DNA from: the human T2T-CHM13v2.0 reference genome, Homo sapiens
NCBI RefSeq assembly: GCF_009914755.1
Contig: NC_060927.1
Length of the DNA: 64,000 nt
Direction: 5' to 3' (one strand)
Shown one piece after another: positions 50,826-61,350 of this stretch (position 1 is the stretch's first letter; each line of letters begins with the position of its first letter). Under the pieces are notes generated by a model that saw only the letters and a program-made list of their open reading frames with translations, searched no databases and was not told where the DNA came from. Made by a program: the position numbers and the translations under genes.

Positions 50826-53800
50826 GAACAAAGCAAAGGTTTAAAATGAATGACACATGCCCATAAAGAGAAGAAGAATCTTGGTGTAATTTTTATAAAA
50901 CTGTAATTTTTAAATGTGCCTGTGTTTTACCATATTTGACACTGAATATCTGTTTACCTGAAAAACATTTTTCTATATTCTTCCTCTATTTCAATAGGTT
51001 AGAGAGCACTGGAAAATACAGGACTACATTGCCTTTTTTGTACCAGACAGCTTTCATGCTATTATTTGAAAATATAATATAATAATACTTTAAGTCTCTA
51101 TAGAGTGTAAACAATTTTGTCATAGGGTTTCATATTTAAAAATTAATATTTGCTGTCAGCTACTACGTATTCTGTAATTTCAAAAAATTCCAAGAAATGG
51201 GCAATACAGAATACTGAATGTTGATGCTTCCCTTTGACTCATAGTCACTGGTTCAGAAAGAAGCGTTTTTAAAAATGTTTATTCAGACAGAATTTTTTTA
51301 CTCTCTACTTTCCCACTAAAGGCAGAACTCGGCCTTTTTTTCCCTAGGAGGTTTGGTTATGGGTTTTGTTGTTTTTTGGAACAGTTTTGATGAAAGAACA
51401 TCATTATATTTGTAATCTCATATTATTGGAAAACAGAAAATGAATTTTTATGCTTTATCATTTCAAAGATTTTTCTAAAATGTTTCAAAATATATCTTTA
51501 GTTTGAGTTATTTCTTGGGGAGTACCTAAAACTTTTATTTCTAAGTAGGAGTAAAGTTCAAGTTTACAAATGAAGTCAAAAGCAAAGTGAGAAAATGATG
51601 TGGGGAATAGTGAAAGACAAATGAGGGTAAATTAAAGCTCAATTCAATTTGTTTTTAACAGTTTAGTCCATTAAAATGCAACTTCATGGTGACACTTCTT
51701 ATAGTACTGCAAAGTCATCTTATTTCTAAGATGCAAAGCTTAAAACTTATTTGCGTTAAGTCCCCCCTTTGTTTGTGTCAACTTACTCAGCCAGTGAGTT
51801 TGACTCTGTAGATATCCATAACTAAATCCTTTATTTGGTTATAAATACCCATCACTAGTCATGGATCTTGTAAAATGTAATACTGTCTTGCTGCTCAGAA
51901 GATGATTTTACAAAATAAACGGTGACAATCTTTATGTTGCTACAGGATTTCAGCCATCTCTAAGAAAGGGTGCCATGTTTACTAAATACTCTTTTTTGTA
52001 TACAGATTTCATACAAAAAAAGGCTTTTATAGAAATGTTACTGTCGGGACTTGAAAAATCTATGGAAAATCTAATTTTCCTGAATTGCCTTAGTTTCTGA
52101 TTTTAACAAAATGCAAGGATCAATATTATATTGCCTAATCTTGTTTTATAACGTTTGTTTACATTATAGTCACTTCCAAATGACACCCCTTGAGGTTCGT
52201 GCTATGTCTTAAACAGTGGATCACGTTGGCTGATTGAAATATTTGAAATCTTAGTAATTCTTTGTGTTTCCCCCTTGTTAAATGCTTTTATTTTGAGGGA
52301 GGTGGATCTTTTAAAAGTGTAAATGGTGATAAACTACTCATTTAAAATTTTTTATGTATTGCCTCAGATATCAATATTTGAAAAAATATATTTGAATAAA
52401 CTGGAAATACAGGGAACAGCAATGTCTAAATCATTACACTGGAGTTTGCCTACATCCCAGTGTAAAACTGTTTCTATGAAAATTGAAACACCTTTTATAT
52501 TACTGAGCATGAAATTACTTCATAGTTGTTTTTGTTTCAACCTCTTCTTCAGATATTGCAATATAGTAAGAATGGATGTGGTGGCATCATTTTCAGGGTT
52601 ATAGAAAGAAGAGCAGATGTTTAGACCTGAACCATGCAATGCACCTCTTTACATCTGCAACATGTAGCATATGCCTAATAAAATATGACATGATAATAGA
52701 AGTAATAAATTATATTGTCTGAATTCTATGACAATAGCTCTTCCCAAAGCTGACTGCTTTGCACTCAGTAGGTGCAAAGATATATTTTATTACATGATTT
52801 ATGAAAGGCTCAATTAATGTGGCTTTAGGACAGGTAAGATTCTGAAGCTACATAAACATTAATTCAGTAAAATACATATCAAGATTAGAAACTTTTAAAA
52901 TTATTTATCCAGGTCTAGGGTACAGAGTATAAAATACTGCGGTATCATTTGTCATACCATTTAAGGATGACCATAATTAGTTACTATTTAAGTTCTAGGC
53001 AGAGTAGTTCCAGATAAGTCATAACATTCAACCTTTTGTTCACATTTGTTTTTCCACGATATTTGTGATAATTGTAACTTGGACCAGTCAGTCTAAGATT
53101 AGCATTTCAGAGATGCATAAAGTAAATTTCCCCCACTTCCCTATGATGATCTTTTAAATATAATAAATAGTTTTTCTTCTGTCTCCTCTCACATAATCAT
53201 TTCTACAAGGAAAATCTGATTCTTCTGTTTTTATCACAATAGGAGACTTACCAACTTACTTGATATTTATTTCTTATATATAGAAATATCGACTTATCAA
53301 AAATAAAAGCAAGCGCTTGGCTTTATCCAGTTTAACACTGTTATAAAGGCGGGAATTAGAAAAGGTATTTCAATGCTGTATCATTGGCACGTAGCCAGTA
53401 ATCAGCAGATAGAGGAACATCGAAAAGAATTAGCAACACATTTATTAGACTTTTTAAATAATACAAAGGGAGGAAGAAAAAAAGATAAAACCAGGAAACT
53501 GAGAATTTAAAAGTAAAACAGTTTAAGTTTTATGGTTGGATGAAAGTGGAAGGGAAGTTTTCTCGTCTCGTTCTGTGCGATTCAGGCTTTCTGGAGCATG
53601 GCATTCTCTTCTGCGTCCCGTAGTTCATCAGAGACCTTTAAGATTGAGCAAAGACGAAAGAATGACCAAAACCATTAGAATCTTTGAAGCTTCTATTAAT
53701 AATTTGAGAAATTATCAAAGATGTTGGGATGTTAAGCTCGAAGAACTGTAGGAGTTTAAAAGCCTTCTTCAAATAACAACTGGATTACAAACCTGGCATT

Positions 53801-54519
53801 ATGAAAGTGTGTACTTGGGCACCCTTATCAGCCTTAGTTTACAGTTGAGAAAGCTGCAGCACAGAGAGATTAAGTAACGTGTCTGATGGTGACACAGTTA
53901 ATGCCACAGGACTTTTCCTCTCAGCTTGAAAGAGCAACTTCAAGGAATGTATATCCCCAAATTTTTAAGAAGCAGTTTTCCCATTAATGAAGAAATGAAA
54001 CTTATTCTAAATCTTTGCCACAACACACTTGGCTCCATTCACCCAGCTCGTGGCTTTTCTCTCAAGCATCACCCGCTGAACCTTACCTTATTTTACTTTG
54101 TTACTTTGTTTTTGAGCTTGCATAAGTTCTGCTAGTAAATGTTTGTGAAATTGTTCATGTTTTTGTTGCCTTAGATAGTAGAATTTACTGTAGTAGAATT
54201 TATTTTCTACTATAACAATTTTATACAGTAAAATAATTTTATAATTTTATGCATGTATAATATAGGGAAATAATATAATAATTTTACACATATAAATAAC
54301 CTTTGCACTCTTAGTCTCCACAACCTACACTCTGCTTTGGGGGCCGGGGGAGAGTGGTGAATTAGGGCTTGAAGAAGGACAGAGGATAATTTAGAAATGT
54401 AAAGAAAGCAGCGTTGCTCTGTTTAAAGAGAAGTTAGGAGGCCACAAACTCTGGCTCTGGAAAATTCTGAGCTTAGCAAAAGACAACTTTTGAATCACCA
54501 AATGTTGCTCTTGCCCCCC

Positions 54520-55480
54520 GCCAAAAGACCACATTTAATTAATCCAGGTAAATGCCTGTCTATTTATTATATTGCCAGGGCTAAAAAAAAAAAAAAAAAG
54601 GAAAGGAAAAAGGAATGTAATGGTCTTTCTGCTCCAGAGAATGTTAATTATTTATCCTGATGCAAACATAATTACCTGGCAATTCGTGGAAATCAAAAAA
54701 TGTGGCATTAGACAGAATGAAATAATTAAAATATATTGATAATGAGCACACACTGCTATATTGACCCAACGATGGTTAAGATACCAAAGATGCGCTCTTC
54801 AGAAGGGTATTATTTTGTAATTAAAAAGAACTGTAGAAAAAGAAACTGAAGACATGATAATTATACAGTGCATTCAGCGTAGTTGTCAGTAGAAATGCCA
54901 TTTAAGGAAAATAATACCATGTTAAAAAGAAGTTAATGTGGAAAAAAAACCTGAAAAGGAACCTACTGTTGATACAAGTAGGATCAATTATACGTGTCTG
55001 GAAGGCAATAGTTATTTGTGATAGATTTTTAAATACTAGACACTGGAAATAGTTTCATGATCAGCGTCTTGTTTTTATTGGAGGTGGAAGGTTCATCATT
55101 TCACATATTCATCATCACTGACCTTCCTTATCCAGGCTTTCTTCTCCAGAATCGACGCTATCACTCATGATCACAGAGTATATTTTTTTCTTGGTTCTTA
55201 AATTTGATGTTATTTGAGAGTGTCTGATGTTCCTCATCCATAGTAGATCTGTCATTGCCCTCATCATGCTGAGGGACATAGTACTGTTTATATTTTTAAG
55301 GGCAGAAAGGCTTGATTTGATCAATCCAGTGGGGAAAAAATAACTCAGAGTCATTCCTGGCATCAATCAAGGCAAAAATTCTTTCACTCTTTCAGCTTTC
55401 TTCCAGCTGGGTGGGCATCCTCTTGGTGGAAAGTACTTGCTACAAAAAGAGTGAGTGGTTTGGACTAACCTACGTCTAGT
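54520..55480. promoter_or_regulatory. Putative conserved enhancer block with a homeodomain-site cluster
   Basis: TAATTA at 54536, 54645, 54669, 54723, 54818 and 54858; ATGCAAAC at 54660; scattered retained CpGs; no recognisable repeat. Confidence 0.45.
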
Positions 55481-56089
55481 CTTTTTGATGATTTTGAGAT
55501 TAAGCCAAATATTTTCATTGACGAAAAACATGAAGAATTATAAACAGCTAGCCACGTATGTGAACAATCCTAACTGATCATTGAACATCGAGTTAAAGTG
55601 TTTAGAATTTTGATTGGGTATAATGACAGGAATTCAGGAATAATTTTGCATAGTCTGATATCCATATTTATTGCCGACTTGACATCAAGGCACAATAAAG
55701 AGATAAGCTTTCATTCCATTTAAATGGAGAATGCATTTTAAACTATCCCAAGTCTCTACAATCTCTAGAGGAAAGCCTTCAAAATTTAAGACCAGTGTGT
55801 TGGTTTATCTGGTTCTAAGATAGACCTCATGACAGGCAGGCAGTTTTCAGAGGCAGGAATAAGATGAACTATAGACTGATAAGATTTAACTCAGTCAGCC
55901 TAGGTCCTACAGTTTTTAAGACTTAAATGGTGTATCTTTCAAATCAAGCCAATTCAGTAAATATTTAAGTGTTTCCTGTGTGTGAGGCACTCTTGGGATG
56001 GAATGGCAAGTTGGTCTCGTGGAGACACTCCCAGCATACTCCCTAGAGCATCCTCCCACATTGGGCGGAACCCATTAGTTTCCTCCTGC

Positions 56090-56390
56090 ACTTTCAGGTC
56101 TCATCACAAATGTCGCTGACAAATAAAAGGCTTCTCTCTCACTCTGCAAATGGCAGGGCTGCTTGCCCCTGCTTTCCATGGTTCATGGTTCCTCAGGTGC
56201 ACCCTCACAGTTACGATATTATTTGCATGTTCACTGCACATTTCCTTGCTTGTTCACTGACTGTCTCTCTTCCTAGGCTACAAATTCCACCAGGACGTCT
56301 CTATTGCCATTCCCATTCTGAACACCTGGAACAGAGATATAAATCAATAAATATTTATTAAGGAAGGAAGGAAAGGAGGGAGGGAGGCAG
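56090..56390 (+). mobile_element. L2 3' fragment
   Basis: 'ctgtctctcttcctaggctacaaattccacc...cacctggaacagag...tcaataaatatttattaaggaaggaagg'. Confidence 0.65.
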
Positions 56391-56634
56391 AGGTTCATAA
56401 AGTCAGGGAGATCGTCTAGGACACAATTTAAGTATCTAGGCAACAAATTATCAGTGTCTCCAAAGGTACCTTATGGGGGAGGAAGATTTTCCTAAACTAT
56501 CTCTTTCTAAATTTCATAAAATCTTGTCAAAAATATAACTCATTATACTTCATATCAACTTATATTCTTGCTCAAAGCCACCAAGACTATTAATAGACTA
56601 ACAAATGCTTTTCTTAGGAGAAAGTACCTTGTAT

Positions 56635-56970
56635 GCTTTTTATAATATTTTTTCTGATTATTAATGTATATTCAACGTAAAACATTTGAAAACTATATAC
56701 AAATAAAAAGATGAAATCATAGTCCAATCCATAAGCCTGTCACCAAGAAATCGGGTGTTTTTTAGCAAATTGGCATGTTTTTTTCATGTCTTTTTTCTAT
56801 GCTTGTCTGTGTCATATATTTAGTTGAGACTGTGAAGTATATATGCAATTTGTTATTTAATTTTTTTCACTTAACATAATGACATAATTTTCTCCTACCA
56901 ATAATCAGTCCTGTATTATTGGGTATTTATAGTATTTCCATTTTTTCAGCATTATATATGACACAGTGAA
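56635..56970 (-). mobile_element. Old L1ME 3'UTR fragment
   Basis: 'tttttttcacttaacataatgacataattttctc' and 'ttgggtatttatagtatttccattttttcagcattata'. Confidence 0.6.
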
Positions 56971-57904
56971 CCCAATATACCATGGAAAATTGGAGTATAA
57001 TAAAAGTGTTTCCAACAAATTTAGGCTGCCATCATTATTATGTGCTTATATATCAGGTAAAACTGAATGCATGTCCTTCGACTTTCAGTTTTCCAGAAAA
57101 AACTAAACTGAAGTATCAATAAAAAGAAATGAATAACCAAAAAATCCAGGAAAGTTGTGGCTACCATAACATGTTAAGTGTATGTCAAATGAAAAACATG
57201 ATTTGAATTTGGCCTCTTTTGTTATTCCTAACTGCATGGCTTCATCCAAACAACAATACAGTTCAATATTTAGTGAAGAGATGTCTTGACATGTGATTTG
57301 AAGGCACAACTTTATTTTTATTTTGATTATTTTCCCTGTGTTTCAAATGAGGTTTATCGTGTGAGTGAGGGATAACCAGGAAAGGGCAAACGGAGCTGTG
57401 TTTTGCCCATGATATAGACACAGATTCCCCAAACTGTCTCCCTAGAATTTTTCCAGAGTCCTTAGTTCATCCTACTCTCCAATGACTAATTCTTTCCCCT
57501 TGCAAATCTTTACCAAAGATGATTTTGTAGCCTCAACTGATAAGCCACTATGAAGGATATTCAGTAAGTTGAGAGTTCATCAATGCTGTAAAAACACCTT
57601 TGAAATGCACAAACCAGAAAGCTCATGTGTGTCAATAGATATTGAAGCTAGGTGGAAAAAAAAAAGCAAAACAAAACAAAACAAAAAAACCTCCAAGCAT
57701 TGGGTAGTATTTTTGACCCCAGCTGGTCAAATACAAGAACTTGCCTGTGGTGTTCATGAAGAATAAAATACAAGTAGTTTATATTACATGAGGGTACCAT
57801 AGATATGTTCATCTGATGGTGACTTTCATATGCATTTCAGCTGTGTAATCAAAGACAGGTACAAATAAACCCAAGATATGCATGTGTATAGCTTCTTTGG
57901 TCTG

Positions 57905-57910
57905 TTTATT
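57905..57910 (-). terminator. Polyadenylation signal AATAAA (minus strand)
   Basis: tttatt on the plus strand. Downstream on the minus strand lies 'cttgggtttatttgtacctgtctttg', a U/GU-rich element. Confidence 0.4.
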
Positions 57911-58708
57911 TGGGTGTTCCTCAGGGCCCCTAAACCCTTCGGAAGCTCCAGCATCCTGCATTTACTTAAAGTCACTGTTTCTCCACGTCATGAGAAACAG
58001 GCTATGCTTGTCCTTAGAATCTGTCTCTTTCTAAGAAAGAACAATTTTAGAGAATGCCAGAGGACCAACATCTCGGTGATTAACCAGATTTGGAAAGCAA
58101 AGAAAGCTCACTAGGGTTTGAGAGTCTCTTAAGTGTTTCTCTACAAATGCTCAGTTAAGAAGTTCTATCCTTGTAGAGCTTTTCCTTGCATTTCACGTGT
58201 AACAGGAGAAACCAAAGGAAGTTATGTGGGAAATAATTTCTTGCATTATAAGGACATTCTTCCTTTCATGGTAGTTATTGAAAAACTGAACATTAATTAT
58301 TTAAACCCTTAACCCCAAACTTTTTGCTTTTAGTTGCAATAATTAATTCCAGTTAAACATCACACATTAAGCATAGAGGCAAAAAAAAAAAGGCAACTGA
58401 ATGATCACAGTCATATTTAGTTTCCCAAATACCTCTGTAACCCTAATTAGTTTTTCATTAATGTGTTCTGTGGAATCTTTTTAAAAGAGTAGAAATGTCC
58501 TTATCTCTGTAGAGTTATATGTTGATTGCCGAAGGTGATTTTTCTGACGAATCCCACACATTCGTGGGAAACAATTTGTCTTTGTGTCAGAAGGAACTCC
58601 TTGAACAACCTGGGGTGAGGCTAGAGAACAGCAGCACATGTTTGCCTGAAGTCTTACCTGGAGATATGGCCGGGCTTATGTTACACAGGCTTCAGCTGTA
58701 TAAATACA

Positions 58709-58830
58709 TCATGCCATCTGCACATGGCAGGGGAATTGAGCCTGTGGAAGCTCAAGACCTGTGTCAGTGTTTTCACAGAAGGACTGTTTATGAACAGATG
58801 TTATGTGGTGTTTTTCACAGAAAATGGACT
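58709..58830 (-). CDS. Candidate smORF, coding part 2 (ESIFCEKHHITSVHKQSFCENTDTGLELPQAQFPCHVQMA*)
   Basis: Phase-1 junction G|AG joins the only long-open frame of this exon, which is the same frame as track ORF 58709-58939. Confidence 0.2.
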
Positions 58831-59342
58831 CTGGAGAGAGAAAATGTCTATCAATTACTGAGGTATTATGTATAACAGCAATTTTTAACCTTGAGAATAC
58901 TTTTAAAGTTCTCGGTAAAATATTTTCAACTGTGGCCACTTTCTTTGTCTCAACGAGGATTCAACCTCTTGTCGTGGGCGCACTTCCCATTGTAATGTTC
59001 TTTGGAGATCTCTCAGTTGGTGAGATTGTGTTCTGTCTGACACAAGGTACACTCAATGTTCTGATCCATTCATGACTGCAAAACCTTTCAATCTATGTGG
59101 AAACTGCTTGTCATTTTCTTCTCTTTTCTTTTCCTGATAGGATAAGACTTTAAAATCAAACTGTAGGATTGAATGACCATTTAGGTTTCCTTGTTATCAT
59201 GTGTTCTTGATGTTTTTCATGTAAAAAGACATGGTAATTGATCTAAATGTTAATTATGCTCTGGACAATTAAGCATTCAGAGATCTACAAAATAAATTTA
59301 TTCTCTATAGCATGCTTCCTAGATTAAATCTAAGACACTTAC

Positions 59343-59454
59343 CATGAGGTGGAGGTCCAGAATGCTTCAGGGCCAGCACTCCAGAGATGGAATTATCTCC
59401 AACAGCCACACCAAGAGCACTGAAGCCCCTTTGTGACCTGTTGACAGACACCAT
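59343..59454 (-). CDS. Candidate smORF, coding part 1 (MVSVNRSQRGFSALGVAVGDNSISGVLALKHSGPPPH)
   Basis: ATG at 59454-59452 in strong Kozak context (aacATGG); the frame is open to the donor. No homology recognised. Confidence 0.2.
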
Positions 59455-60138
59455 GTTTTGCATAATATATATATTTTCATTTTCCCTTAGCTTTCTTATT
59501 ATTTATTCAATAAATCCTTTTTTCTTGCTGACAGCAGTTGTATTTATAAAGCTAAACCCAACACAGCAAAATGTTCATCACTTTATAAACTAAATGCTAA
59601 TGTTTTATTTATGTGCAATGAAGAAAGAAAAAAAGAACTGAATTGATGTTTACCTTACAAGCAGCACAAAAGTGCAGTACCATAATAGTGGAGTTCATAA
59701 GCATTCTGGCTTGTAATTTTGGGTGTCAACATTTGAATTGCAGAAAGAGTTTATGCAGACATAGCACGTACACAAGTGCAGTTTAGATCCACATCTATAA
59801 AAATAACATCTGTTTAAGCATACATTACATTTAAAAATAACTGTACAGTGATCAGCTGGTTAAGTACAGTTAACCAGATGTCATTTTAAAGGGCCAGATG
59901 GAACTATGAAACTAAGATTGAAAAATTAAAAAATACTGTGAAAGGTCAAACCAATTAAGCAACCTGTTTTGTTGGCATGTAACAGTTAAAAAGTAAGTTA
60001 AACTACTTAAGGAGTGAGCAATATGAAGATGTAGCAGTTAAAACCAGGTCTTGCTCCTCTGAGGACAAAGAGAAAAATCCAGGCTAGGGTTGCTCACTTA
60101 CTGGAACTCAGGCCAACATCAGAAATGTGAATTTTCCT

Positions 60139-60470
60139 GTGGTTATCAGAGGCTGGGGAGTGGGAGGTTTGGGGAGCTGTTGGCCCAAAAATAGAAAATT
60201 TCAGTTAGACAGGAGGAATAAGTCCAAGAGATCTATCGCACAACATGATGATTATAGTTAATAAAAATGTATTGTATACTTGAAAATTACTAAGAGAGTG
60301 GATTTTAAATGTTTTCTCCACAAAAAAAAAAGATAAGTATGTAAGGTAATACATATGCTTGATTTAGCCATTCCACAATGCAGTATTTCAAAACATCATG
60401 TTGTATACCATAAATACAAACAATTTTTATTTGCCAGTTAAAAAATTATTTTTTAAAAAAATTGAAAAAT
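60139..60470 (+). mobile_element. 5'-truncated L1MA7/8-like 3' end with TSD
   Basis: 'gtggttatcagaggctgggg...tttcagttagacaggaggaataagtccaagagatct...gtattgtatacttgaaaatt'. TSD aaatgtgaattt at 60123-60134 and 60471-60482. Confidence 0.9.
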
Positions 60471-60831
60471 AAATGTGAATTTCTGTTGAGATGATTCGGA
60501 ATTGTCTTCACTATATTTTAAATATATGTTTTCAAACAAAAATTAAAACTTCTGTTACAAAGTCACAGGACCCAATAAAATTCTCCAAAGTATAAGCTTT
60601 TCCCAAGTTAAGCATTTTAACATAACGGTGGATAAGACTAAACATATGAATATATGACTTAAGTAATAAATCTGATCCTTAAGAGTGAGAAATCTGATGA
60701 TTTTCTAAGAAGCTCAAATTGATTATTTTTCTTTCCTCATGTTGGATATCACATGCAATGAAAAAACGAGGCAAATATTTATGGAATATCTATACTGAGG
60801 CAGGTTCTGTTACAAACATGTTCACATACAT

Positions 60832-61186
60832 CAGAGGTCACAACGGGTGCCTCCCTCCGCTTATTTGGCCTGCAGATGTGTTTTGTTTGGCTTGCACAGT
60901 GCTTTAAATTTGAATTAATTGCCAAAAACTAAAAATTGTGAGGTTTCACATAAAAGTCCGGATTTCCAGCTTCCCGGAAAACCTGGCAACACCAGGTCCA
61001 CATTTTTTCCATTGCAAAAACTCACTGGAGCCAAATAGGAACAGCTGCCTCTTTAGAGGGACAGAAAGTCTCAAGTTTGTCACAGACACCACCAGTCCCT
61101 TCAAATCAGAGACTGCATGCCAGTTGCCATTTACTGCCTTCTACCTAGCCCACTTTACTCAGAGTAACTTCGAGTTTCCAACTCTA
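60832..61186 (+). mobile_element. MER102 hAT-Charlie element
   Basis: 'ggcctgcagatgtgttttgtttggcttgcacagtg...tttcacataaaagtccggatttccagcttc...ctggcaacac'. Confidence 0.85.
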
Positions 61187-61194
61187 ATAGTCGT

Positions 61195-61350
61195 CAACTC
61201 CCTTAATCCCCACAGTCAACCTTATAAAGGGAGTACCGTTTGTTATTAATATTTTACAAAAAACTAGAGACAAGAGAATCCTACTAACTCCTCTGAGTCA
61301 CACAGTTGGTAACTACCAGAGGCAGAATTCAAATTTGAGTCTGGTGTTTC
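61195..61350 (-). mobile_element. MIR SINE
   Basis: 'cttaatccccacagtcaaccttataaaggg...attttacaaa...gtcacacagttggtaa...agaattcaaatttgagtctg'. Confidence 0.7.

Larger units (their letters stand above)
57885..59520 (-). ncRNA. Candidate spliced, polyadenylated transcript (lncRNA or smORF mRNA): exons ~59520(or 59437)-59343, 58830-58658, 58030-~57885
   Basis: Minus-strand donors ATG|GTAAGT (59343) and CAG|GTAAGA (58658); acceptors cattttctctctccag| (58830) and ttgttctttcttag| (58030); AATAAA at 57910-57905 followed by U/GU-rich sequence. Predicted from signals only; no expression data. Confidence 0.45.

Noticed and set aside
58519-58875. 118-aa plus-strand ORF
   Set aside because: Starts at a non-ATG codon and has no recognisable homology; the strongest splice and poly(A) signals here are on the opposite strand.
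59654-60136. Possible additional upstream minus-strand exons (59794-59654; 60136-60102)
   Set aside because: Splice sites are weaker or L1-junction-derived, and both put a stop in the smORF frame with no in-frame ATG after it. They cannot be supported without RNA data.
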